From the IMG/VR virus record IMGVR_UViG_3300022562_000124, positions 1 to 64,000 of that record: 64,000 bases of DNA, one strand, 5' to 3'. Origin of the DNA: a virus. The position numbers and the translations under genes were made by a program. Below, one piece after another: positions 36,147 to 46,425 of the stretch; position 1 is the first letter of the stretch; the number at the start of each line of letters is the position of its first letter. Under the pieces are notes generated by a model. The model saw nothing but the letters and a program-made list of their open reading frames with translations. It searched no databases and was not told the origin of the DNA.

Positions 36147-37511
36147 TCATGAATTGGGGAAACCGTTCAACCCTACAGTGAACAATCCTGTAATCGATGC
36201 TGAAACGTCTGCCCATCTAGTAGAACAACTGATTCTACATGGGCATACAATATTTAGGTTAGTTACTGCACAATTTAGTTGTGTGGAGTTGTTGCCCCAT
36301 CCCCATAGTGAACCATCTTTTTTGATGGCCATTCCATAATTGCTTATGCCTGTTGGCGAGTTTCCACCCGCAGAAACCTTACACCATTCTGTTGATTTTA
36401 GAACTTCTTGTACAGGTGACGAGACTGATGTAATACCGGAATTACCAAGAGCATAACAAACTCCATTGCCCCAGCCCCACATTGTACCGTCTTTTTTCAG
36501 CGCAATTGTAAATGCGGGGGTGGAAGAAACATCACACCAGTTTGTTGATGAGCTAATTTCTCTTACTGGTGAAGATTTTGCAATGACAGAGTTATCACCA
36601 AGTTGTCCACAAGTATTCTGTCCCCATGACCACAATGAACCGTCTGTTTTAATTCCGACTGATGCACTTATTTTGCACCAATTACTGGATAATGAAGCTT
36701 CTCTTACTGGTGAAGACTTTGATAATGCTGTACCATCGCCTAATCTTCCAGTAGTTCCGTTACCCCATGACCATAGTGATCCATCTACCTTTAATGCTGT
36801 TGCGTGTGTTTCTCCTGAAGCTATTGCACACCAGCTATTACCAAAGGTCACTTCACGAGTCGGGGAAGACCTGCTTGAAACAGTACCGTCACCAAGTTGT
36901 CCTGATGAATTTAGTCCCCATCCCCATAGAGAATTGTCTTTTTTTAGAGCAAGTGTAAAGTCTGTTCCCGCAGATACTTGACACCAATTGTTCGAAGAAC
37001 TGGCCTCTCTCACTGGACTATTGTATGCTGCAAGAGCAGTATTTACGCCAAGAGAACCACTTGTGTTGGTGCCCCAACTCCATAAAGTACCATCAGACTT
37101 CACAGCAGTCACATGTGTCACACCAGCAGATATATGCCACCATTTATTATCACACGTTACTTCAGTATCTACTATTAGCTGATTTGTGTTTGTTCCTGTT
37201 CCCAATTGACCAGAAGAGTTAACACCCCACGCATACAGTCTTGCGCCGAGTTTGTCAAGCTTTCTACCGTCGATACCTTCCCAAGAAACACCAGTGTAAA
37301 TTACATAATTTTTAATTTCATCAACATAGTACAAAATGCCTTCAGTGATAAAGGTTGTTTGTGGATTTGGTAATTCTGCAAGAGTATCAACATAGTATGC
37401 TCTGTTTTGTGTAGTTGCTTTAATTTGCGCCGCCAAGACAGGGATAGTACCAGCTTGGTCGCTGTATGCTAGTCGATCTACGCAAACTTGCAATTCATCA
37501 GTAGTTGGCAT
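36147..37511 (-). CDS. RCC1/BLIP-II-type beta-propeller virion protein (paralog 6)
   Basis: About 7 repeats of K.DG(S/T)LW.WG.N..GQLG....SSPVRE....W..VSAG. Confidence 0.9.
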   Translation of the reverse strand: MPTTDELQVCVDRLAYSDQAGTIPVLAAQIKATTQNRAYYVDTLAELPNPQTTFITEGILYYVDEIKNYVIYTGVSWEGIDGRKLDKLGARLYAWGVNSSGQLGTGTNTNQLIVDTEVTCDNKWWHISAGVTHVTAVKSDGTLWSWGTNTSGSLGVNTALAAYNSPVREASSSNNWCQVSAGTDFTLALKKDNSLWGWGLNSSGQLGDGTVSSRSSPTREVTFGNSWCAIASGETHATALKVDGSLWSWGNGTTGRLGDGTALSKSSPVREASLSSNWCKISASVGIKTDGSLWSWGQNTCGQLGDNSVIAKSSPVREISSSTNWCDVSSTPAFTIALKKDGTMWGWGNGVCYALGNSGITSVSSPVQEVLKSTEWCKVSAGGNSPTGISNYGMAIKKDGSLWGWGNNSTQLNCAVTNLNIVCPCRISCSTRWADVSASITGLFTVGLNGFPNS

Positions 37512-37520
37512 GTCTAATCC

Positions 37521-38876
37521 TTAAAATGTTCTAATTTTTCTAGCAAGAGTGAACGCACAACCAGCAGATACGCTTACCCAATTTGATGCAGAAGTGGACT
37601 CTCTCACTGGTGAGCTTTTGGCGTTAACAGTTCCATCGCCAAGCTGGCCGCAGAAATTATTGCCCCATGTCCATAGTGATCCATCTGTTTTGATTGCGGC
37701 AACAAAACAATTTCCTGTACTGACTTGACACCAGTTGGTTGATGAGCTAATCTCTCTTACAGGAGAAGATTTTGAAATAATAGTATTGATTCCAAGCTGT
37801 CCACAGGCATTGTCTCCCCATGTCCATAGTGATCCATCTGTTTTAAGCGCAGCAACAACCCTACACTTACTAGAAACAGCACACCAATTACTAGAAGAAG
37901 ACGCTTCTCTTACTGGCGACGATTTGTTGACGACTGTATTATCACCAAGCTGTCCACAACCATTCCATCCCCATACCCATAGTGAGCCATCCGTTTTAAT
38001 AGCATATCCTGTGCCTTGTCCAGCAGCCAAGGCACACCAGTTGGTTGACAAACTCGATTCTTGCACAGGAGAAGATTTTGATATAGTTGTATTGTCGCCA
38101 AGATGACCAACACTGTTTGCTCCCCAACTATACAATTTGTTGTCTGTAGTTATACCCATACTATGTTCATAACCAGCAGCTATGTCTTTCCATAATAGAC
38201 CGCCAATGACCTGTACTGGTAATGATCTAACAATAACTGTTCCATCACCCAAAAGACCTGTAGTATTGCAACCCCATGTCCATAAGGTTCCATCATTTTT
38301 TAATGCCATTGTGTGCTGGCATCCGTGGCTGGCTTTTACCCAATTGCAGCTATAAGTTTTTTCTTGGCATGGGCGATCACCAAACCCACCAAGAAAATTT
38401 AATGCCAACTGTCCGCAGATATTATTGCCCCAAGACCACAGTGTTCCGTTTTCTCTAATGAAGGAACCAAACAATTCACCAGCAGCTATGCTCTTTACGT
38501 CTTTATCTCTTGGTGGCTCTTGAATAGGAGTATATGACGTATATGCGCCACCAAGAGCATAACATCTATTGTCGCCCCAAGACCACATCTGTTTTTGTGT
38601 AGTATCGCTGAGAAGAATAATATTTGCCGAATATATCCCACCACCAGTTTCAGTATTGGTTACGTAGTATAATCTGCCCTCCTGAACAACATAATATAGT
38701 CTACCATTAGCGGCAGTAGAAATATCAGTATAGGTATTGACTGTTGTGATCGTGCCCATTCTGAGTTGTTCGATAGCTTTTGCATAATACAATGCTTCTT
38801 TCTGCGAAAAGGCACAGTTTTTCATTTTATATGATAAAACATCGATTATGTTTGCAACATTAATTGTATCTGTCAT
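37521..38876 (-). CDS. RCC1/BLIP-II-type beta-propeller virion protein (paralog 5)
   Basis: Same repeat; N-terminal ANGRLYYV module. Confidence 0.9.
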   Translation of the reverse strand: MTDTINVANIIDVLSYKMKNCAFSQKEALYYAKAIEQLRMGTITTVNTYTDISTAANGRLYYVVQEGRLYYVTNTETGGGIYSANIILLSDTTQKQMWSWGDNRCYALGGAYTSYTPIQEPPRDKDVKSIAAGELFGSFIRENGTLWSWGNNICGQLALNFLGGFGDRPCQEKTYSCNWVKASHGCQHTMALKNDGTLWTWGCNTTGLLGDGTVIVRSLPVQVIGGLLWKDIAAGYEHSMGITTDNKLYSWGANSVGHLGDNTTISKSSPVQESSLSTNWCALAAGQGTGYAIKTDGSLWVWGWNGCGQLGDNTVVNKSSPVREASSSSNWCAVSSKCRVVAALKTDGSLWTWGDNACGQLGINTIISKSSPVREISSSTNWCQVSTGNCFVAAIKTDGSLWTWGNNFCGQLGDGTVNAKSSPVRESTSASNWVSVSAGCAFTLARKIRTF

Positions 38877-40255
38877 ACACAGTAACCTTGAACTACTTTC
38901 TTAATAGCATGACCAGCGGTATAATATCCACGACCCATTGCCATAGTTATCCAATTGTTTGATTTGGTATATTCTTGTACAGGGGAAGAATATACAGTAT
39001 AATGCTTTTGTCCTAACATAAGATTACCATACGCATTACATCCCCATCCCCATAGTGTACCATCTTGTTTTAATCCAAAAACACTAGATATACCACCAAC
39101 TACCTTTGCCCAATTGTTAGAACTGGTAATTTCTCTCACTGGCGAACTGCGGTTAATTACATCGCCTGTTCCAAGAGTCCCGGCAGCGTTGCATCCCCAT
39201 GACCATAGCGAACCATCTTTTTTAATAGCGTGTGCTGCGGTGCCATAACTGGATGCAACACTGGTCCAGTTAGTTGACAAACTCACTTCCTGTACAGGTG
39301 AAGATTTACTAACTATCGTATTGTCTCCAAGAAGACCACAAGCAGCAAACCCCCACGACCATAGGGTTCCATTTGTCTTGATAGCGTGAGTTACGATTCC
39401 ACCAGCAGCAACGGCGCACCAGTTGTTTGAACTGGTGATTTCTCTGGTTGGTACGTATTTAATTACAATACTGTTGTCTCCAATTTCACCGCAAGTATTC
39501 TGCCCCCATCCCCATAGTGAACCATCTTTTTTAACTGCCATGACATGGCATCTACCAACGCTCACGGCGCACCAGTTGTTTGAACTGGTAAATTCTCTAG
39601 TGGGGGTACAGAAAGATATTCCACCACCATTATAATTGTTTCCTAAAGTTCCACCGGCTGCGGACCCCCATGTCCATAGAGAACCATCAATTTTGATGGC
39701 AGAACTGACACAACTGCCCGCAGAAATTGTACACCAGTCATTTGATTGTAGTGCTTCTCTACTCGGCCCATATTTTATATTGTTTGAGGTATTATCTCCA
39801 ACTTGACCAGTAGTATTCCATCCCCATCCCCATAACGAACCATCTTTTTTTAGTGCTAACGAGTGATCCGCTCCACTAGAAATTTCTGTCCACTGATCTT
39901 CTGTATTGCCTATTCTTGTAAGTGTATTATGTGAGGTTCCCGGTGTCTGCCCAATGATTCCGCAGAGATTATTAGTGCCATTAACTCCATATAATATATA
40001 TCCTTCTGTCCCTTTAGAATTTGTGTCAGACGACCAAGCAGTGCCTTTACTATAGTAGTATGCTTTAGTCGGACCATCACAATATGCCACAAGACCTGTG
40101 CAATCAGACGGCAAAGCACCGTCAATTTTTTTCACAGGAATATTCATTATGATATTATTTGCATTTTCAAGTTGACATGACTCTAAAGCAGATATGGACG
40201 TATTCGCCAATCTATCATTTATTTCTGATTTTATTGATCCTAAACTAATTGTCAT
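38873..40255 (-). CDS. RCC1/BLIP-II-type beta-propeller virion protein (paralog 4)
   Basis: Same repeat. Confidence 0.9.
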   Translation of the reverse strand: MTISLGSIKSEINDRLANTSISALESCQLENANNIIMNIPVKKIDGALPSDCTGLVAYCDGPTKAYYYSKGTAWSSDTNSKGTEGYILYGVNGTNNLCGIIGQTPGTSHNTLTRIGNTEDQWTEISSGADHSLALKKDGSLWGWGWNTTGQVGDNTSNNIKYGPSREALQSNDWCTISAGSCVSSAIKIDGSLWTWGSAAGGTLGNNYNGGGISFCTPTREFTSSNNWCAVSVGRCHVMAVKKDGSLWGWGQNTCGEIGDNSIVIKYVPTREITSSNNWCAVAAGGIVTHAIKTNGTLWSWGFAACGLLGDNTIVSKSSPVQEVSLSTNWTSVASSYGTAAHAIKKDGSLWSWGCNAAGTLGTGDVINRSSPVREITSSNNWAKVVGGISSVFGLKQDGTLWGWGCNAYGNLMLGQKHYTVYSSPVQEYTKSNNWITMAMGRGYYTAGHAIKKVVQGYCV

Positions 40256-40259
40256 TTTA

Positions 40260-41681
40260 TTATCTACCCGGAATACACGTTGATGAGTTTATACCAACTA
40301 TATTAATGCTACTGTTTTCATGCTGGGATAGTGATATGGTTTTCCATCCATTAAAATATCTTGTTATCCATAGACGACACGTTGCACTAAGACCACCCGT
40401 TAAAGAACAGAGTCCACCAGAGTTGCCGTAGAGCCACGCATTACTGGTAGTGTCTGTATCAAGTGCTTGAGCATAAAGTATGCCATCACAGGTTATTGCG
40501 TTTGTTGCAGCAAAACCAGCACTAACCATCTTCCATGTATTGAGATTGGTTGCTTCTCTTACGGGTGATGAAGACATAGTAACACTCGAAAAACATGCGT
40601 TTCCCCACATCCACAAAGAACCATCCGATTTAATTGCAACAGAATGGCAATAACCGGCACTTACTTGGCACCATGTATTATCATTTGTGGTCTCTCTTAC
40701 AGGGGTGCATCGATCTATAGCACTGTTGTCTCCAAGCTGACCACAAACATTCCATCCCCATCCCCATAGTGAACCATCTTTTTTAATTGCTAATGTGTGA
40801 AACCCGCCGACAGAAACTTGATACCAGTTAGAGCTTGATGTTGCTTCTCTTACTGGCACTCTTGCTACTATGGTGGTACCAGTACCCAACTTTCCACAAG
40901 CATTCCATCCCCAAGACCACAATGAACCATCGGTTTTGATCGCGGCTGTGCTACAGTTTCCTGCACTAACTTGACACCAGTTTGAGGATATAGTACCTTC
41001 TCTTGTAGGAGTGGTTTTACATACTGTTGTACCATCGCCAAGCTGACCACAAATATTTGATCCCCATGCCCATAGCGAACCATCCGTTTTAATTGCAGCA
41101 GTATGCCATGAACCAGCAGCGATTTGACACCAGTTTGTTGATGATGTTGCTTCTCTTACAGGAGAAGAATAACAAGTAAAATCATTAGTGCCTAATTGTC
41201 CGAAATTATTAATGCCCCATGTCCACAGAGAACCATCAGATTTTAGTCCTACGGTATGTTGATGACCAGCAGACGCCTGTGCCCAATTTGTGGAATTTGT
41301 CGCTTCTCTAGTATTAAATGGAACAATACCAGTGCAATTCACACCAGAAGAGCCACAAATATTACAACCCCAACCATAAAGCGCATCTACTTTACAAAAC
41401 TGCATTTTTCTGCCGTCAAGCCCGATATACTCATTTCCGCTAACGGTAACTGGAATGCCCATATCATTGACATAAATTATTTGGCCATTTGCCAATGGTG
41501 TTGCAGAAAGAATAGGAAGAGTTGTCAATGCTGCGTTGGCAGTAAATTTAGTATTTGCTCTACAAGCACCGTAAGCCAGAACGCTAATGTCCTCATGTGA
41601 TTCAGTCACAGGAGTAACGTTCTGGTCTTCTATAATAGTTTGAAATCTATTATCAATACTTGTCTTACTGACGTTTGACAC
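40260..41681 (-). CDS. RCC1/BLIP-II-type beta-propeller virion protein (paralog 3)
   Basis: Same repeat; GTG start. Confidence 0.88.
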   Translation of the reverse strand: MSNVSKTSIDNRFQTIIEDQNVTPVTESHEDISVLAYGACRANTKFTANAALTTLPILSATPLANGQIIYVNDMGIPVTVSGNEYIGLDGRKMQFCKVDALYGWGCNICGSSGVNCTGIVPFNTREATNSTNWAQASAGHQHTVGLKSDGSLWTWGINNFGQLGTNDFTCYSSPVREATSSTNWCQIAAGSWHTAAIKTDGSLWAWGSNICGQLGDGTTVCKTTPTREGTISSNWCQVSAGNCSTAAIKTDGSLWSWGWNACGKLGTGTTIVARVPVREATSSSNWYQVSVGGFHTLAIKKDGSLWGWGWNVCGQLGDNSAIDRCTPVRETTNDNTWCQVSAGYCHSVAIKSDGSLWMWGNACFSSVTMSSSPVREATNLNTWKMVSAGFAATNAITCDGILYAQALDTDTTSNAWLYGNSGGLCSLTGGLSATCRLWITRYFNGWKTISLSQHENSSINIVGINSSTCIPGR

Positions 41682-41693
41682 TATCGTATATCC

Positions 41694-42317
41694 TTATTCA
41701 ATAACAATCGCATCAAGTTCTTGAAGTGTAGTTGCAGAATCAATCTCATCAGATTTATCAGATTCCCAATCAAAACAACTTTGTACATATAATGCGCCAG
41801 CATTGACTGCAATGCCTAATTCTGTTTTATTTATAGTCAACCATCCTTCAGGGAATTTCCACTTGACAGTATCGCCATCATTCATTATAGCATACTTTTG
41901 AACAAAAATGTCACGCGATCCTCTATTGGTGTCTACTGTAACTTCGATACCTTGGATTGTTACCTTAGTGCCAGCGATTTCTTTTTCATATCTTTTTGCC
42001 GCTGTGAGTGCTTTAAGGTCTCCCTTGACGAATTCAATCTCTTTATCTTTTACGAGAAATGATGCTACTGCCTTATCGCCTGTCAAATCCCAGAAAGGAC
42101 CATAAGTCATCTGAATCTTAGGATTAAATTCTGGTGGAGCAGATTCATCATATTCACAAATTCTTGTGTTTTCATCAATGACAAAAGGCATAGCACTTGG
42201 AATGCCAGAAGGAACGCTTGCCTGAATATTTTCTTTTGACAAGGCATAAACAAACATACCATAATCCCAATTGATCGGTCCAGTGATCACAGTATTGTTA
42301 TGAATAAGAACGTACAT
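41694..42317 (-). CDS. DUF4376-like tail-fibre assembly/associated protein
   Basis: AAKRYEKEIAG, WKFPEGW..I, YVQSCFDWE, C-terminal IDSATTLQELDAI, typical of DUF4376/Tfa-like proteins. Confidence 0.75.
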   Translation of the reverse strand: MYVLIHNNTVITGPINWDYGMFVYALSKENIQASVPSGIPSAMPFVIDENTRICEYDESAPPEFNPKIQMTYGPFWDLTGDKAVASFLVKDKEIEFVKGDLKALTAAKRYEKEIAGTKVTIQGIEVTVDTNRGSRDIFVQKYAIMNDGDTVKWKFPEGWLTINKTELGIAVNAGALYVQSCFDWESDKSDEIDSATTLQELDAIVIE

Positions 42318-42332
42318 TTAAATTGCTCCTAG

Positions 42333-43673
42333 TTAATCTCTAATTAGTCCGAGTGCGTGGGATGATCCGGCAGATGTTTCGCTCCATCCAAGTGAGCGTC
42401 TTGCTTCTTGACAAGGGGTTAATGTAATGGGAGATACACAATTTGATCCAGTTTGTCCTCTATTATTTTCGCCCCATCCCCACAGTGATTTATCTGTTCT
42501 TATCGCTGTAGTAAAACAATATCCGGCTGATACTGAGCACCAATTTGTGAATGAACATGCTTCTCTTACAGGAGAAGATTTACTTTGGTCTAAACCATAC
42601 GAAAAGGTACCCAATTGCCCACAGCAGTTGTCGCCCCATGCCCACAACGAACCGTCTGTTTTAAGTGCAGCGAAGAACGCATATCCGCCGCTCACTTGAC
42701 ACCAGTTTGTTGATGAGCTAATCTCTCTTACAGGTGTTGACTTACTTACTACAGTTCCATCGCCAAGCTGACCACATCCATTCCATCCCCATGTCCAAAG
42801 TGATCCATCCGATTTAATAGCCGCAGTTGACCATTGTGATGTTCCTACATAGCACCATGCAGAAGAAGTTGATTCACGAACAGGAGAGGATTTATCTACA
42901 ATTGTGTTGTCACCAAGTTGACCACAATTATTCAGACCCCATGTCCACAAAGAACCATCGGTTTTAATCGCGGCAGTATGATAGTACTGACTAACTCGAC
43001 ACCAATTTGTTGATGCAGAAATTTCTTGAACAGGAGAAGAACGATCCACAGTCGTACCATCGCCAAGCTGACCTCTTCCATTACATCCCCATGTCCACAG
43101 TGTGCCATCCGTTTTAATAGCCACAGCCGAATATGATCCAACAGCCACCCTTGACCAGTTGGTTGATGAGCTAATCTCTCTTACAGGAACCTGAGAATCA
43201 TTATTGTTATTTGTTGCTAGAACCCCGCAAGAATTCTGTCCCCATGACCACAGTGTACCATCTGTTTTAATAGCAGCAGATGAATTTAATCCAGCATATA
43301 CTGCATTCCAACGGGTGTTTGCTGTTGATTCTTGTGTTGGATACACTTTTTGTAGTTGACTGTTGTCACCAACTTGTCCATAGTCATTCCATCCCCATCC
43401 GTATATGATGTTTTGTGGAACAGCAGATGACGCAAATGAATTCCACACAGAACCATTAGACCAGTACATAGTCTTTTCTTGTTCTGCAAAATATAGTCTA
43501 CCTTCGTTTGAAGAAGCGGCAGGTAATGATGCAACGTTTGATGATGTAAACACGATATTGGTATTCACATGAGCAATTGCTTTTGCGTCTATCAGAATTT
43601 CGAGACTTGTAGAGTTTGTGTTTGCTGTTTTGTTTCCAACCGCAAGCTCTAAATTGCTAACATTAATTGTCAT
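42333..43673 (-). CDS. RCC1/BLIP-II-type beta-propeller virion protein (paralog 2)
   Basis: Same repeat; N-terminal [16 protein letters not shown] module. Confidence 0.9.
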   Translation of the reverse strand: MTINVSNLELAVGNKTANTNSTSLEILIDAKAIAHVNTNIVFTSSNVASLPAASSNEGRLYFAEQEKTMYWSNGSVWNSFASSAVPQNIIYGWGWNDYGQVGDNSQLQKVYPTQESTANTRWNAVYAGLNSSAAIKTDGTLWSWGQNSCGVLATNNNNDSQVPVREISSSTNWSRVAVGSYSAVAIKTDGTLWTWGCNGRGQLGDGTTVDRSSPVQEISASTNWCRVSQYYHTAAIKTDGSLWTWGLNNCGQLGDNTIVDKSSPVRESTSSAWCYVGTSQWSTAAIKSDGSLWTWGWNGCGQLGDGTVVSKSTPVREISSSTNWCQVSGGYAFFAALKTDGSLWAWGDNCCGQLGTFSYGLDQSKSSPVREACSFTNWCSVSAGYCFTTAIRTDKSLWGWGENNRGQTGSNCVSPITLTPCQEARRSLGWSETSAGSSHALGLIRD

Positions 43674-45016
43674 GGCTGTCCAAAGAATCCTCTAGTTGTA
43701 ACTGTTTTAAGACCAATCGTAACTGAACCTGCCGAGCTTACGCTAGACCAGTTATTTGACAAAGTAGATTCTCTTACTGGTGATGATCTATTTGTGATAG
43801 TGCCATCTCCAAGTTGACTGCAAGAATTGTCGCCCCATGCCCATAGTGACCCGTCTTTCTTTATGGCTTTGGTTCCTGATACAACACACCACGTAGTAGA
43901 CGATGTTATTTCTTGAACGGGTGATGATCTATTTGCATCACTATTGTTTCCAATCTGCCCTTCCAAACCATATCCCCATGACCATAGGGTTCCATTTGTC
44001 TTAATTGCAGTCATTGTGTTTCCTACACCAGAAACACATTTCCAGTTCGAAGAAGAAGTGACTTCTCTAGTAGGAGTGCATTTATCAACAATAGTATTGT
44101 CGGCAAGCTGCCCATATAAGTTGCGTCCCCATGACCATAGTGAGCCGTCTGTCTTAATTGCAGAAATAGATGATCCACCATAGCTAAGTGCACACCAATT
44201 TGTTGATAGTGTTGATTCTTGTGTTGGTGTACATTTAGCAACTGTAGTTCCATCGCCAAGTTGCCCATATGTATTCTGACCCCACGACCACAATGTTCCG
44301 TCTGATTTTATAGCAGACACTGAGTCGATTGTTGCACCAGCACTAATCCAATTGGTGCTGCCAGTATACTCTTGAACGGGAGTACATTTTGTAGATGCAG
44401 TGCCGTCTCCTAATACACCATTGATACCAAAACCCCATGACCACAAGGTTCCGTCTGATTTAATACCTATGCCAGTAACACCGGTATTATATACTCTACA
44501 CCAATTTGTTGATTGTGAGTATTCTTGTACTGGTGTATATCTGTTTACATAGCTACCATCCCCAAGCTGTCCGAAATCATTTCTTCCCCATCCCCATAGA
44601 GTGCCATCGCCTTTGATAGCATAGGTAGATTCCCCGCTAGTAGTTACAGAATACCAAGTATTGGCACCAGTGAATTCTTGCACAGGAACAGAATAGTAGC
44701 CACCGATATTCCCGTTTGTTCCTATTACACCGCAAACATTTGATCCAAAACCATAGACTTGGTTACTTACGAGTGTAGTATCAAAATTATTGGTCCATGT
44801 CAATCCATCGGAATAACGATAACCGCCGATATCACAGACATAGAACATTCTTCCTTTGTTTAAAGAAGCATCAGGAAGTGAGCTAACGTTTGCCACAGTT
44901 GCAGCACCACCATTATTGATAGCATCATAAACACCCAGAATCTGAGCAGTCTGGATTGGATTTGAAGTGGTAATAGTGGTATTCGCTAAACGAATAATAT
45001 CTGCAACTGGAATCAT
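43670..45016 (-). CDS. RCC1/BLIP-II-type beta-propeller virion protein (paralog 1)
   Basis: Same repeat; N-terminal [16 protein letters not shown] module. Confidence 0.9.
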   Translation of the reverse strand: MIPVADIIRLANTTITTSNPIQTAQILGVYDAINNGGAATVANVSSLPDASLNKGRMFYVCDIGGYRYSDGLTWTNNFDTTLVSNQVYGFGSNVCGVIGTNGNIGGYYSVPVQEFTGANTWYSVTTSGESTYAIKGDGTLWGWGRNDFGQLGDGSYVNRYTPVQEYSQSTNWCRVYNTGVTGIGIKSDGTLWSWGFGINGVLGDGTASTKCTPVQEYTGSTNWISAGATIDSVSAIKSDGTLWSWGQNTYGQLGDGTTVAKCTPTQESTLSTNWCALSYGGSSISAIKTDGSLWSWGRNLYGQLADNTIVDKCTPTREVTSSSNWKCVSGVGNTMTAIKTNGTLWSWGYGLEGQIGNNSDANRSSPVQEITSSTTWCVVSGTKAIKKDGSLWAWGDNSCSQLGDGTITNRSSPVRESTLSNNWSSVSSAGSVTIGLKTVTTRGFFGQP

Positions 45017-45017
45017 C

Positions 45018-45257
45018 TTATAGTCCTAGTAGAGCGATTGTTCTAGCGTACTCGTCTTCGGCAATACCAGTTGAACCGGTGTAGCCAAAGCCAGCAGAAC
45101 CAGTGTAGCCATTAGTACCAGCAGAACCAGTGTAACCGATAAGAGTAGTTGAAGTAATGCGCCATACACCGTATGCGGCATTATATGTCCAAGTGGTAGA
45201 ACCACTGGTATATGTCTGTCCATCTACGGGTGATGGCGGAAAATCTAAAGCAGCCAT
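45018..45257 (-). CDS. short fibre-like protein with GYTGS repeats
   Basis: N-terminal LDFPPSPVDG..Y.....W.Y....GVW module shared with 45298..46395; three GYTGS units. Confidence 0.8.
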   Translation of the reverse strand: MAALDFPPSPVDGQTYTSGSTTWTYNAAYGVWRITSTTLIGYTGSAGTNGYTGSAGFGYTGSTGIAEDEYARTIALLGL

Positions 45258-45285
45258 TAGTTAAACCTCTTGAATAATATTCTTC

Positions 45286-45293
45286 TATTTATA
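45286..45293 (-). promoter_or_regulatory. T4-type late promoter heading the RCC1 array
   Basis: Exact TATAAATA. Confidence 0.82.
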
Positions 45294-45297
45294 ATGA

Positions 45298-46395
45298 TTA
45301 GGAAACATTACCGTCCATAACACACAGCGTTCCGCTAATGAAAAGAACAGTAGTTTTTCCTCTGGTCGCCAGTGTAACAGATGCTTTATCAGAATCGACA
45401 CCTGCAATATATGCTGTTGTGATATTACATGTTATCGTCACATTGCCAGAAGTATTGTTGAAAATTGTGACGATATCACCATCAGTGAATGTGGCGTCTG
45501 GAATTACTATACTACCACCAGCACCTACGGTAATTAACTTACCAACATCGCTAGTTGCCAATTGATATGATGATGTTTTTTCAGAACCAGACAGCGGAAT
45601 CTTTGGAATACCCTGAGAACCAGTATATCCACTAGGACCGGGTGAAGTTTCCTGTACCCACTGTGCTGTAGCATTGTCATCGATATAATAGATGTATCTT
45701 ACACCGTCATCAGAATTATACCATGTGTCGCCATTTTCTGGGCTTGTAGGAGCCGTGTTGCTAATGAACGATCTACTACGAACACCAATAGAACCTGTAT
45801 ATCCCAATGGACCGGGTACTGTTGAAATGGAACCAGTGTATCCTCTTGGCCCCGGAGCAGATTCCTGTACCCACTGTGCCGTGGCATTTGCGTCAATGTA
45901 ATAGATGTATCTTACACCATCGTCTGAATTGTACCATGTATCACCGGGTGAAGGGGTTGACGGCGCTGTATTACTAATGTAAGATGAACCACCAATCGAT
46001 CCTGTATATCCGATAGAACCAGAGTAACCACGAGAACCAGAATATCCTTCAGCGGTAGAAGCGGAACCTGTATATCCTATTGCCCCGGCTGGACCTTCTG
46101 GACCCGGAGCAGATTCCTGTACCCATTGTGAAGAATCAAAGTCAACGTAATAAACATATCGAATACCGTCATCGGTATTGTACCATGTGTCTCCGTTAAC
46201 AGGAAATAACGGTGCGGTATTACTAATGTATGTTAGACCCTTAGAGCCTGTGTAACCTAAAGAACCAGAGTATCCTGTAGGACCTGAGGAAATGACATTC
46301 CACACCCCATAAACGGCATCATACTGCCATTGAATATCATTCTGTGTAAAAATATCACCATCAATTGGAAATGGTGGAAAATTTAGTGTTGCCAT
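45298..46395 (-). CDS. collagen-like (GYTGS) fibre protein with three repeated knob modules
   Basis: Three copies of ISNTAP..P..GDTWYN.DDG.RY.YY.D....QWVQE(S/T).PGP separated by Gly-X-Y segments. Confidence 0.82.
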   Translation of the reverse strand: MATLNFPPFPIDGDIFTQNDIQWQYDAVYGVWNVISSGPTGYSGSLGYTGSKGLTYISNTAPLFPVNGDTWYNTDDGIRYVYYVDFDSSQWVQESAPGPEGPAGAIGYTGSASTAEGYSGSRGYSGSIGYTGSIGGSSYISNTAPSTPSPGDTWYNSDDGVRYIYYIDANATAQWVQESAPGPRGYTGSISTVPGPLGYTGSIGVRSRSFISNTAPTSPENGDTWYNSDDGVRYIYYIDDNATAQWVQETSPGPSGYTGSQGIPKIPLSGSEKTSSYQLATSDVGKLITVGAGGSIVIPDATFTDGDIVTIFNNTSGNVTITCNITTAYIAGVDSDKASVTLATRGKTTVLFISGTLCVMDGNVS

Positions 46396-46417
46396 TTATC
46401 TTCTCTTCAGTTTAATA

Positions 46418-46425
46418 TATTTATA
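46418..46425 (-). promoter_or_regulatory. T4-type late promoter
   Basis: Exact TATAAATA overlapping the stop of 46421..47305. Confidence 0.75.

Noticed and set aside
36147-45016. Diversity-generating retroelement acting on the propeller genes
   Set aside because: No reverse transcriptase in the window and no template/variable repeat pair with adenine-specific mismatches; the repeats are in-frame coding blades.
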